64,000 bases of DNA from Eledone cirrhosa (taxonomy: Eukaryota), in the NCBI GenBank assembly GCA_964016885.1, contig OZ024740.1, positions 198,276,001-198,340,000 on the forward strand, read 5' to 3'. Under the pieces are notes generated by a model, which was given only the letters and a program-made list of their open reading frames with translations, had not been told where the DNA came from and did no database searches. The translations under genes and the position numbers were made by a program. Shown here piece by piece: positions 1 through 13,301 of this stretch. Each line of letters begins with the position of its first letter. Position 1 is the first letter of the stretch.

Positions 1-1133
1 AATAGAAAAAGAAAATCCATAATACAATTCTTCAATAGCTACAACCTTAAGTTAGAAATAGGGAATAACTATAAAATTGTTAACTTTTTAGACGTAACAT
101 TAAAGCTTAACACAGGGCTCTACTATCCATTCCATGAAATTAATGAGAATCTAAACAATGTAAGTTTTAACTCTAATCATCCTAGATCTATCAAGAACAC
201 TATTGTCATTTCTATCCAACAACGTATTTCACGCATCTCCGCTAATTTAAACATTTTTGACGATAAGGCAGAATATTATAATGAAGCTTTAAATCGAGCA
301 GTCTATATAAATAAGCTTAAATACATCGACAACAGTGATAAGGCAAATAACCGTACTATTAATTATAATAAAAATAAAAATCTAACTTAAACTCTAAAAC
401 TAACAGAAGAAATAGAACTAGAAATAATATTTGGTACTCACCCCCCATTCTCATTAAGCGTTAAAACACTTTTATCAAAGCTATTCTTTAAAGCACTAGA
501 CAAATGTTTTCCTAAAGCCCACAGATACCACTCAATCTTTAATAGACATACTATAAAACTATCTTACTCTACTACAATGAACATAGCACAAGATATAAAC
601 GGAATCTATAATATAAATTTAAACCCTAACCGAAATAACCAAAATAGCAGTAATATCTCTAGCAATATCCAACATAATAGTACCGTTCTGAATAACAACA
701 CCTCCGCAAAATGCAACTGTAGAATTAAATTAAACTGTCCTTTACAAAATAAGTGTTTAGATAAGAATGTGGTCTATAAATGTACAGTTAAAACCAGTGA
801 TAATATATTTAACTATGTAGGTGCAACTTCTACAGAATTTAAAAGTCGCTGAAATAATCACAAATGCTCTTTCCAAAGATTTGATAAAAATCTTCAACTT
901 CTCTTTCAAACCTGATATGGAACTTAAAATGCAAATATATGGACTATTCATTAACTTGGGAAATAATATCATAAGCACCCGCGTACTAAAACACAGCTTA
1001 ATCTAGATTCTGCAAATTTGTGTGTTTAGGAAATTATTTTCATACTTAAATGTGAGAACTCTATTAATATAAGAACGAATTTATTTAGTTCTTGTAGACA
1101 TCGCCTGAATTCAACGTTTAGAACTATATATAA
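1..1133 (+). pseudogene. PLE RT C-terminus / Cys linker / GIY-YIG endonuclease, disrupted
   Basis: Motifs as above; frameshifts and an in-frame TGA at 850-852. Confidence 0.85.
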
Positions 1134-2215
1134 ATTATAATGACACTTATAATATTTCTACTTATTTCCATAACAATCTTATCCACTTGGTTTTAATATA
1201 TTGATATCGCTAAATCATGTCTATAAGATTTACTATAATTTCACTTCTTAAAGTTTCTTAAAATATATACATATATAATTCTAATTTTTTTAAATTTTAA
1301 TTTAAATTTAAATTTTAATTGTAATTTTAATCTTAATAATTTTGAATTCTTTATTTTTTTATTTCTTTTTTTTTTATCTATTTTTAAAAATTACTTATTT
1401 TTTAAAAATTACTTATCTCTTATAAATTATTTTTAAAAAAAATTTCTCGAATTTTTAATATTTTTTCAATAACTTTTATTAGATTTATAACCACTAACTA
1501 ATTCTGGTTAAATATATCTTTCAACATTTATACTTATTTTGACAAAATAGTCTCATACTAACGAATAAATAAACAAAACTGGAGTTTTTTTTCCGTATCT
1601 TCCCATTTTAAAATATATAAATATAAATATTCTTATTAACTCAGGTAACTTAATTTAATTTAACTTAATATTTACTTACATTAAATACAAAACCAATATT
1701 CCTCATTAAAACAATCTATAACACGATATACCCATCTATTCATTTATTTATCTATTTATCTATTTATCTATTTATCTATTAATTATTTATTTATTTATTT
1801 TTCTATCTATTTTTCTATCTATTTTTCTATCTATTTATTTTTCTATCTACTATAAAATATTATATTAGGAAAGAATTTTAAACAACTAATTAATCGTAAA
1901 TACACGTAATATTAGATATATACTTAGAATATATTTCCCCCAAATTAACGTTATATGAGTTTTACTCATCCTCTTGTTAATTTCTTCTCTCTATATCTCT
2001 CGTAACATTTTTTATCTTTATCCACCTATATTTTTTCTCCATTTCTTTCTCCAGTGTCATTTAAATAAACGTTTGTTTTTCAATTATTTACATATTCATT
2101 TGCATATTCACACATAAGTTTGAATAATCCCTAATATATGTCCACTATCCAGTGAATTTCCAACCGATAAGATATGATTTTCATGGGTATATCTCTATTT
2201 ATAAAACAAACTTTG

Positions 2216-2280
2216 TATTTTATCTGATGAAAGCGTACCAATGTTGTCTTGGTTACCCTTGAAATATATATAATAAAATA
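2216..2280 (+). ncRNA. Type I minimal hammerhead ribozyme
   Basis: tattttat-CTGATGA-aag..ctt-GAAA-tatata-TA-ataaaata; 8-bp stem I. Confidence 0.85.
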
Positions 2281-2319
2281 AATATGGTTTTATAAATATA
2301 GTTTCCATTTATTTAATAT

Positions 2320-2356
<37 letters not shown>

Positions 2357-2395
2357 CACACAAATATTTATACATATACACACACATATATATAC

Positions 2396-2427
<32 letters not shown>

Positions 2428-2499
2428 TACATGCAAACATACATAGATACACACACACACACATATATATATATAATATATTTATACATATATATGTAT

Positions 2500-3126
<627 letters not shown>

Positions 3127-3214
3127 ATGTATGTATATGTATATATATATACATATGTGTCATATGTGTCATATACATATATACATATGTGTCATATGTG
3201 TCATATACATATAT

Positions 3215-3822
3215 GTCAGGTCACCACTTGGTGCTACTGGTAACATGTATCCCAGTACAACCTGTCTCATGGTCGGGTCGTTGGCGACTAAACTGGCAAC
3301 CCCACCAAGGTTTCTTGGTGAGGAGGGTGACTTTGGACATCCTGCAGGACTAAAAACAAAACCTGTCAAAGGGCAAAGGAGCTCTTAAGAGTCAATGGCC
3401 ATCCAAAATCAATGGGAGAGATGACCTCTTAGCCTTTGTCAAGGCAGAATTCTAGGAGAAGGAAAACTCTGATATAACACCTGCAACCCTGATGGTATCC
3501 AATGATGTTGACTTGTTCTTCTTTTTGGTAAATATCATCTTGGTTAAGAGAGTGGGACTGGCTTTGTGCAGTGCCTTTGCTCACTATAAAAGCTTCACGG
3601 CACAGGCATTGCTTTATATCTGGAGATCTCTCTGCACTTGTCGTCACATGGTACCAAAGGCAAAGCACTATGTGTCAATGATTGTCACAAGTGTAGTGTT
3701 TGTACCAGAGTTTTCAAGTCGCTGGCTGGACTAAAAAGTCACACTCGTCAAGCGCATCGGTAGGGGTTCCCCTACATGGATATAAAGTAGTGGCGGTACT
3801 CTAAAACGAGTTGGCAGCCACC

Positions 3823-3823
<1 letters not shown>
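3215..3823 (+). mobile_element. ~609-bp non-coding dispersed element, full copy 1
   Basis: Near-identical inverted copy at 23370-23980 with the same two ends; truncated copies at 19182-19413 and 30898-31261; all abut (TA)n. Confidence 0.85.
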
Positions 3824-3855
<32 letters not shown>

Positions 3856-3917
3856 CACATACATACACATACATATATATATATATACACATACATACAC
3901 ATACATATATATATATG

Positions 3918-3966
<49 letters not shown>

Positions 3967-3970
<4 letters not shown>

Positions 3971-4108
3971 GTTTGTATATGTATAATAAAGCCAAAACAA
4001 TGCAGGTATGGACATAGAATAAAGAATGCAAATGCAAAAGATATTGTTGACAATTAGTCTTTTACATTAGATTTATTTAAATGTCCTTAATTTTGAGATA
4101 ATATCTCT
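3967..4108 (-). mobile_element. Fragment of the element family at 24001-24400
   Basis: Direct match to 24001-24140. Confidence 0.75.
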
Positions 4109-4216
4109 CATATATATATATAAAATAAAGTATGTGTTCCTACCTGAATACATTTCTTGATATATTTTACCATTTAATATAGAGACACACATACTTCTCT
4201 CTCTCTCTCTCTCTCA

Positions 4217-4254
<38 letters not shown>

Positions 4255-4390
4255 CTATCTATATTTATATACAAAATCTGTCAATAACATGTATACTACA
4301 CACTTCAGGAAATGATATACATATATTCAATTATTTAACAGTACATCTTGTATCATGATATCTCAACAGTGAAATTTACATGTATATATA

Positions 4391-4890
4391 TACTAGCCGA
4401 ATTACCCGCGCCTTGCTATGTTTCACACATTCTTTTGTGACAAAATTATAATTGATTTTAAATCAGTGATATAATTTGAGAAAAATTCTGCATATTAATA
4501 TTACTCAATGTAAAACATAATGCATGAACAATTGGAAAACAATACTTTTTGTAATATATCGAATAAAAATTACATTATTAAATCTTATTCTTATTTTGCT
4601 TCTTGTAAATAATTCTTTTCAAAATATCAATTCAAAATTTTTGTGAATCTGTATCATATCTTGTCATTTACCTATGGTTTAAATTTCATATAAATCGAAG
4701 GGAAACATTTTTCGGCGGGGGTTTGTGCCCCCTGCGAACCGTTTCATTAAAATGAAATATACTTACCCAAGTACCCTGGGCAATATAGTTTCAGAATATA
4801 TATGGCTATGGGGCTCTATCTCCAAAACCATAGGAGGAATTCGTGAACAAACAAACAAACAAACAGACAGGAACTACAACTTTATATATG
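4391..4890 (-). mobile_element. Non-autonomous Helitron-like element
   Basis: Minus strand starts tatataaagttgtag followed by (gttt)n/gtct repeats and ends with a GC-rich patch and CTAG(T). Confidence 0.55.
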
Positions 4891-4965
4891 TATTTAAGCT
4901 AGTTAAATATTTATAGAAGTTTTTCTTTTCCTGAAGAGTATATACATATTTTGGTAGGCTCTGTA

Positions 4966-5079
<114 letters not shown>

Positions 5080-5635
5080 CGTGTGCTTGTGTGTGAGTGT
5101 GTTTGTGTGTGTGTATATGTGTGTTTGTGTGTGTATGAATATAGAAAGAAAAGGATTACATAGTCAGATTGGATCAAGGAAATGATATTTTTTATTGGTC
5201 TTTTCATTGCTATTTCTGATACTATCTGCCAGTCACAGTATCCTCTGCTCGAATGAGGTGGAATTGAACACGGAATGCACAGATTCAGATCAGATAGACT
5301 CATTAACAATACCGCTAATTTGCTGCCTTAACATACATACAAACACACACGCAGGCATGTGTGTTTGTATGTATATATATATATATATACATATACATGA
5401 GTGAAAGTTAGTGAGACAGAGAAGGTTAATTGATCATGATACATAAGTACACTGTTAACTGATAACGTGATTCAACTAGATATTATTAGTCTCGACACTA
5501 ACCATTATCAGTCAGTCAGTGTATCGATGTATTATGATCAAACAACCTTCTGAAACGATCGTAAAACAATGAACTTATTAAGATCCATTCTTCGCCTTTT
5601 GTTTACATTGTTCAACACACACACACACACACACG

Positions 5636-5708
<73 letters not shown>

Positions 5709-5966
5709 ATACACACGTATACACCCACACACACACACACACACACACGTATACACACACACACACACTCACACACACGCATGGACAGTCCCACTCACTC
5801 ATATGTGAGTGTATATATATATATATTAAAATAACAGATTAAAGTTTAAGCAAAGAATTGATGCTTTCACCCTTAACGGGATCTTTGAATTTTAGTATTC
5901 ACATTTATTATTATTACTATATATATATATATATATGTGTGTGTATTACCTATTATAATGAGTTAC

Positions 5967-6093
5967 TTAACCCTTGACGATTCGAGGGCGATTACTTTTT
6001 CTTTCAGTTACTACCAGAAACTGCCTCTGTAGGGTAAGACGGTAATTTGATTGACATGTAGGGGATGTAAATCTAAGTGCAGTGATGGGTTAA
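5967..6093. mobile_element. Possible piggyBac-type MITE
   Basis: TTAA-CCC ... GGG-TTAA termini. Confidence 0.35.
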
Positions 6094-6864
6094 ATAGTGG
6101 GTAGGGTGGGGGAGGAATTTTTTGAGGTTAACGAGTAATTTTTATGACGGCTTGCTTGGTATTAATCTAGATTCCAACGACTCGAAATCTTGAACAACCA
6201 ACTCTTGATATTAACGTGAAGGTGTTTAGTATCACACAGACAAGTGTATCGTTAGCATAGTTCACAGGGAGTTGCGACGTGACAAAATATGCAACAAAAT
6301 GGCCGTTTGAATTGCAGCGACAACCAGTCTCACGGGCTTCCAGCCAGTTTCCCTCTATGCTATTTCCCTCACAAGGCTTTAATCGACTTGAGTCTATAGA
6401 AAATGACACTTTACTAAGATGCCACACATCGGTCATGCTTCGTTCACAAAGCATGAATATTTTGAAACAAAATATAGATATTGAGATGCAACGTCATATT
6501 TCTGAAAGTTAGCTGACAGCGTTCAAGTAAATTCCTCATTTGTTTAACGGGTTTCCGAATACATCTAGAACAGGTTAAGAATCCTTAATCTGAAATTCCA
6601 AAATTCGAAAAATTAAAAGAATATATCCATAAATTTTTCTAAAGCTTATATGACTTGTCACAAAAGAAAAACTCCACGAAACACTGGGCAGATACTGAGG
6701 TGACGTGTAACTATTTCACAAAGCGTGGCAGTCATGGTATGTGACGTCATGTGCTCGAGCGCTTTAGCCTTAGTACTCATAGCAACTGCAGCTACAAATT
6801 CCAAAACAATTCAGGTCCCAAGCATTTCGAATAAAGTATTCGAAATATGTATTAGGAAAATAAT

Positions 6865-7051
6865 TGTTTCTACTTTTGGCACAAGGCCAACAATTATCCC
6901 AGTGTATTACTGGTACTTTATTTTATCGACCCCGTAAGGATGAAAGGCAAAGTTAACCTCGGCGGGATTTGAACTCAGATCATAAAGGGACGTAACTCTA
7001 TGCTTCAAAGCATGGTGTCCGACTCTCTACCGATACTGCCAATCCGCCGCC
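6865..7051 (-). mobile_element. tRNA-derived SINE (octopus-type), full length, 19-bp TSD
   Basis: A/B boxes on the minus strand (tggcagtatcgg, gagttcaaatcc); TSD tatgtattaggaaaataat at 6846-6864 and 7052-7070; multiple copies in window. Confidence 0.9.
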
Positions 7052-7170
7052 TATGTATTAGGAAAATAATGGTCTCTGATTTAGGTACACGGCCAACAAT
7101 TTTCTCTTTCTCTCACAATATGTTTCTACTGCGCATCTACTTGTGTCTATGTATACACACACTACACATC

Positions 7171-7202
<32 letters not shown>

Positions 7203-7710
7203 CGTATATTTATATGTATACAATTTGAATTATATATATACACAATTGTGCATATGTGTGTAGATCGAGGCTGGAAGCCGTATACTATGCAACATATGAA
7301 TTAAAAGTTTCTGCGTGAACGTATGAAATAGATGCGTGTATGAGTGCGTGCGTGCTGTGTGAGTGTGTGTGTATGATAGGCACAATTCATTTCAATTACG
7401 TCAATAGTAATGATACTCGCCGTTCGTACTGAGTGAACTGTACACTGAAATAAATCAAGTCTTTATTTACCAACATGATTTTGCATTGTTTGAAATAAAT
7501 GTCCATAGTGGACGTAGAACCATTGATTAACTTCCGTCGATAATTATACTCAATGCACTACTGGCATATTTTGATAGCACCTGTATTTGTGATTTATGGT
7601 GGCTAGTAGATTATTAACCAATTTTCATACGGTCGGAATAAGTAATATTCGGTTATATTTTCACCAGACTTATAATTGAATCTTTTTTTCTTTTAAAATT
7701 GAATTTTTTC

Positions 7711-7919
7711 TTTCTTTTAAAGAGTCGAAGTCAGTGTTGCAGTATTAGTACAAAGTTTATTTGCATATTACAATTGTTTCGATATCGATCAGCTCAGGGT
7801 AGAACCAACGTGAAGTGGCATGATTCTTTTTCTACATCTCGTCAAATATTCCAATGTTGTAATATGCAAATAAAGTTGGTAGTTATGCTGCAACACTGAC
7901 TTCGACTCTTTAAAAGAAA
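7711..7919. mobile_element. MITE with ~60-bp terminal inverted repeats (Kolobok-like TTAA-AG...CT-TTAA)
   Basis: ttaaagagtcgaagtcagtgttgcag... mirrored by ...ctgcaacactgacttcgactctttaa. Confidence 0.6.
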
Positions 7920-8258
7920 ACAGGAAAAATTATATATGTATATATATATAATCTATAAAAATCCAGCGTCTATAAGTATCGACAGAAGCAAAGGAGTAAG
8001 TGGTCTTGATAAACACTAATGAGTGAGAAACAGAACTGTCGATCTCTCTCTTTTGCTTTCGCCGAGAATAAGTAAGTGACAAAGTCGCGACTTTAAAACT
8101 CATAGCGAATGGTCTTCAAAATATGTTTAATTAAACATACAGTATATTCCCAAATATACCATACATACATTCATGTATACATCGCTATTTCAGAGCACCA
8201 ATGCATTATATATATATATATATAGTCATATATATATATATAGTCAGAGCACCAATAC

Positions 8259-8314
<56 letters not shown>

Positions 8315-8513
8315 GACTGACTGGTGTGTCTCCATATGAGGGAATGAATTATGTGAGAGCACATCGTTATTTTTTCTCCCTCATATCAAGAATTTGAAGA
8401 CAATTCATTTTCACCTGATGAGATCAGTGATAATCGATCATGGCTTCACAATCGATCTATCTCTTGTCGAGATTAAATGATTGGAATTTTACCTTGCCTT
8501 CGGATTTTCATTT

Positions 8514-8515
<2 letters not shown>

Positions 8516-8550
<35 letters not shown>

Positions 8551-8631
8551 CATTTTGATATATATATATATATATATTATATATATAATATATATATATA
8601 TATATTATATATATAATATATATATATATAT

Positions 8632-8686
<55 letters not shown>

Positions 8687-8689
8687 AAT

Positions 8690-8732
<43 letters not shown>

Positions 8733-8816
8733 CATATATTATATATATTATATATATAATATATATATATATGATATATATATAATATATATATATTATA
8801 TATATAATATATATAT

Positions 8817-8859
<43 letters not shown>

Positions 8860-8997
8860 GTTATATATAATATATATATATTATATATATAATATATATA
8901 ATATATCTATATATATAATATATATATACATATATTATATATATTATATATATAATATATATATATATACCTATATTATATATATTATATATATAAT

Positions 8998-9067
<70 letters not shown>

Positions 9068-9125
9068 ATATATATATATATGATATATATATAATATATA
9101 TATATTATATATATAATATATATAT

Positions 9126-9168
<43 letters not shown>

Positions 9169-9515
9169 GTTATATATAATATATATATATTATATATATA
9201 ATATATATAATATATCTATATATATAATATATATATACATATATTATATATATTATATAATATATATATATATTATATATATACCTATATTATATATATT
9301 ATATATATAATATATATATATTATATATATAATATATATATATTATATATATATTATATATAATATATATTATATATATATTATATATAATATATATATA
9401 TATTATATATAATATATATATATATTATATAATATATATATATATTATATAATATATATATATATATTATATATAATATATATTAATATATAATATATAT
9501 ATATATATATATAAA

Positions 9516-9549
<34 letters not shown>

Positions 9550-9560
9550 TATATATATAT

Positions 9561-9631
<71 letters not shown>

Positions 9632-9871
9632 TATTTTATATATATATATATATATAATATATATATTATATATATAATATATATATATATATATAATATA
9701 TATAATATATATATTTTATATATATATATATATATAATATATATATTATATATATAATATATATATATATATATAATATATATAATATATATATATGATA
9801 TATATATAATATATAATATAATATATATTTATATATATATATCATATATATATAATATATAATATAATATA

Positions 9872-9915
<44 letters not shown>
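8516..9915. repeat. ~1.4-kb nearly pure A/T degenerate (TA)n tract
   Basis: Direct inspection; internal higher-order duplication (blocks starting near 8858 and 9166). Confidence 0.95.
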
Positions 9916-9918
<3 letters not shown>

Positions 9919-10085
9919 TTGATTATAGTATTGATTATACTATTTATGGTTATGCAAATACAAAAACCTTTTGTAGTTATATATATTTTTATAAACCCTA
10001 AATAGTGGTAGGCAGTAATATACTTATTACCAGTAAGTTAAATAGCTCAATGTAATAACATCAGATGATTTACAGAGCAGTTATA

Positions 10086-11488
10086 TGAATTATAAGAATC
10101 AAAGAACTGTTCAAAACATTTTTATGCTTACAACTGTTTCCTCCAAACCGAGGTTTGGCCACTTCGGAGCAATTTATTATTGAATGAACACTTATATGAC
10201 CTCCTTTTCACCCAAGAGACATACAGATACATACACAAATATTGTGGGTCAACATTTATTACAGCATTTAGTGTGGCAGTACACATTTAGAGATTACATT
10301 CACATTAAAAGATACAGTCAAAAATACAGGTTAAAACACAACATGAAATTAAGCGGTTATAGAGTGCAATGGTTATATGTGTGGCAAGCACGTGCGTCTT
10401 GTTTATATAGTGTGGCAGAGAGTTACGTGTAATAGAAGCACTACATTATGAAACCATGTGTGAAAACCATTTTCATAGTCTGGGGAGCATACTTTTCAGA
10501 TTATATGCCCCTCACACAATCGACGACGATTCGATATTGGGCGTTTAACAATCCAGTTAGAGAATCGTAGTCTGATGTTCTTTAGCTCAATACAGGAGGA
10601 TGTTACGTTGCGAGAATCGACATCGAAATATTACCCGGAAGTGTGTGTGTGGCTAAGGGGAGTTAATGCATGAGGGGAGGTAACTCAGTGGTTTTTATTA
10701 CTAACTATTAAATTGTGTCTCAAAACAGTCCATAACTTATATGGTTATGCGCAGTTACCTCCCCTCATGCATTAACTCCCCTTAGGCACACACACACTTC
10801 CGGGTAATATTTCGATTCGATTCTCGCAACGTAACATCCTCCTGTATTGAGTTAAAGAACATCAGACTACGATTCTCTAACTGGATTGTCAAACGCCCAA
10901 TATCGTATCGTCGTCGATTATGTGAGGGGCATATAATCTGAAAAGTACGCTCCCCAGACTATAAAAATGTCGCAGTGCATGAAATCCATATCATCGCTTC
11001 GCTACGCATTTCCAATATTTTTAATGCTTACATTATTTTTAATACTTATATTATTTCTCAACACACAGGCTATAACAATCATATAAAGAATTCATTACCA
11101 GATCAACTCTCTTAACACTCTTTATTACCTGCTTAAGTGCTTCTATTACACGTAACTCTCTGCCACACTATATAAACAAGACGCACGTGCTTGCCACACA
11201 TATAACCATTGCACTCTATAACCGCTTAATTTCATGTTGTGTTTTAACCTGTATTTTTGATTGTATCTCTTAATGTGAATGTAATCTCTAATTGTGTACT
11301 GCCACACTAAATTCTGTAATGAATGTTGACCCACAATATTTGCATATGTATATGTATGTCTCTTGGGTGAAAAGGAGGTCATATAAGTGTTCATTCAATA
11401 ATAAATTGCTCCGAAGTGGCCAAACCTTGGTTTGGAGGAAACAGTTGTAAGCATAAAAATGTTTTGAACAGTTCTTTGATTCTTATAA

Positions 11489-11493
<5 letters not shown>
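10086..11493. mobile_element. Composite fold-back element: outer inverted arms 10086-10448/11137-11493, inner arms ~10470-10690/10753-10968
   Basis: The same 82-aa pseudo-ORF appears on both strands; variant hammerhead in each outer arm. Confidence 0.85.
11407..11453 (+). ncRNA. Hammerhead-like motif with variant core CCGAAGU (second copy 10125-10171 minus)
   Basis: tgct-CCGAAGT-gg-ccaaacc/ggtttgg-ag-GAAA-cagttg-TA-agca. Confidence 0.5.
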
Positions 11494-11553
<60 letters not shown>

Positions 11554-11671
11554 TATATTTAAGTTTATCAAGTTATTATTTGTGGTATATAAATATTGAG
11601 ATTTGTTGTAATAAATCACTGCCAATACTGGAATTGAACCATCAAGACAGTTGAGGTATGTCATACATAAA

Positions 11672-11746
11672 TTCATGTATTATATCTGATGAGGACATAC
11701 TGAAAAAACAGCACAGTACCTCCGAAATATATTCTGATTATGTGAA
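11672..11746 (+). ncRNA. Type I hammerhead ribozyme candidate
   Basis: CTGATGA-gga..actg/cagt..tcc-GAAA-tatattc; imperfect stem I. Confidence 0.6.
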
Positions 11747-11774
11747 AGTCTTCATTTATTAATATTTTCAATAA

Positions 11775-11841
<67 letters not shown>

Positions 11842-11844
<3 letters not shown>

Positions 11845-12753
11845 AGTTAATATAAATTAATATATTCGATAAACACAAATAGCAACATATCCATGTTTGT
11901 ATTGTAAACGACTAAGTAAGCTAGATTGAAAAATACTAATTATAATAATACAGTTTGCCTGTCTCGATTTAAAATAATAAATCAATAAAAACAAAGCATA
12001 TTGGCAAATGGCCGTGGTCCTTGGACAAATTTAAATTTCAAAATCAAACCTGTTCCGTAGACTGGTTTAAACCTTAAAATCCAAATAAGTTTCGAAAAAT
12101 GTGTTTATCAAATATATTAATTTATATTAACTTGTATTACACGGCTCAGAAATACTTCTTTCTTTGAGCTATTTCATTGTAAAGGACTACCTGAGTTTTG
12201 AACTCATTATTAATAGTATCACTGCTCCTTACGTAGAGCTAAACGTAACCCCATATAAACGGCTGTTATTTCTAGCAGCATGAGTATGCGGTAGCTAGAC
12301 ACTGGATAACCATGTGTGAAAACCATGTGCGTTTTTAAATATTTTGAAGTGAAACATACCAATTTTTCTGGTGCTTGCTGAGGAGATAGAAATGCGGTAT
12401 TCTTTCACTTTTTCATTTTTCGAAACTTATTTGGATTTTAAGGTTTAAACCAGTCTACGGAACAGGTTTGATTTTGAAATTTAAATTTGTCCAAGCACCA
12501 CGGCCATTTGCCAATATGCTTTGTTTTTATTGATTTATTATTTTAAATCGAGACAGGCAAACTGTATTATTATAATTAGTATTTTTCAATCTAGCTTACT
12601 TAGTCGTTTACAATACAAACATGGATATGTTGGTATTTGTGTTTATCAAATATATTAATTTATATTAACTTGTACTACACGGCTCAGAAATACTTCTTTC
12701 TTTGAGCTATTTCATTGTAAAGGACTACCTGAGTTTTGAACTCATTATTAATA

Positions 12754-12757
<4 letters not shown>
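11842..12757 (+). mobile_element. Hammerhead-bearing non-coding element: inverted head (11842-12100) + 538-nt terminally redundant unit
   Basis: 12101-12218 repeats at 12639-12756; 11842-12100 is the reverse complement of ~12415-12675; TA tracts on both sides. Confidence 0.85.
12369..12500 (+). ncRNA. Type I hammerhead ribozyme with long stem III
   Basis: tggtgcttg-CTGAGGA-gatagaaatg..catttttc-GAAA-c..long hairpin..g-TC-caagcacca; perfect 9-bp stem I. Confidence 0.9.
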
Positions 12758-12796
<39 letters not shown>

Positions 12797-12817
12797 AAAA
12801 TATTAATAAATGAAGAC

Positions 12818-13241
12818 GATTCTTAGCCATTTTGAATGAATTCTTGGCGCGATCACTTTGGAAAATTTAGTGTCGAGATAAGAGCAAATCTCCTGATGAA
12901 TCCGGTGCTCGAGTTTATATAATTATTACATAATTATTGGAAAGCTCAAAATGCGGATGAAACCATGGTAGAGGTATTTAAATGTATTCTATTTTCTCCT
13001 AGTTTATTTTACACCTAATTCTGTATAGTTTACTGTATCTGGGCGATTACGCTGTCGATATATTCGATAAATATTCCGTTGTGGCCGACGCGAAGGGCTA
13101 ATTTCGTTTATTTGTTGGCGATTTCTTCATAGACGCCTCATTCTTATAGCCTGGTCTATTCGATTTCTTATATAGTTAATTATGCTAATTGGGAGAGGAA
13201 ATGGTATATATTTTATCTTGTGATTCTATAGACATGTTTTA

Positions 13242-13245
<4 letters not shown>
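12818..13245 (+). mobile_element. pLTR-like hammerhead element (same family as 21590-22375)
   Basis: Homologous to 21943-22375; ends in (TA)n. Confidence 0.8.
12888..12975 (+). ncRNA. Type I hammerhead ribozyme
   Basis: atctc-CTGATGA-atccg..cggat-GAAA-ccatgg-TA-gaggt. Confidence 0.88.

Positions 13246-13295
<50 letters not shown>

Positions 13296-13301
<6 letters not shown>

Larger units (their letters stand above)
1..2325 (+). mobile_element. Penelope-like retroelement (probably Naiad clade), 3' part: decayed RT thumb + GIY-YIG ORF, AT-rich 3' region, hammerhead-bearing pLTR end, then (TA)n
   Basis: Translation across frameshifts gives VNFLDVTL..YYPF..SNHP..RISRIS..IWYSPPFS..IKLSYS..CNCR..CPL..KC..VVYKC..YVGAT..FKSR. 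Hammerhead at 2216-2280. Element ends at a TA tract. Confidence 0.85.

Noticed and set aside
850-852. In-frame TGA in the PLE ORF as possible selenocysteine (reported for some Naiad elements)
   Set aside because: It falls at an aromatic position (FKxR-W/Y-xxH), not a Cys position. The linker cysteines are normal TGT/TGC and the ORF is otherwise decayed.
8405-8480. CTGATGA hammerhead candidate
   Set aside because: GAAA absent and stem I out of register; at best a decayed copy
10184-10432. 82-aa ORF duplicated at 11146-11394
   Set aside because: A consequence of the inverted repeat; no recognisable protein features
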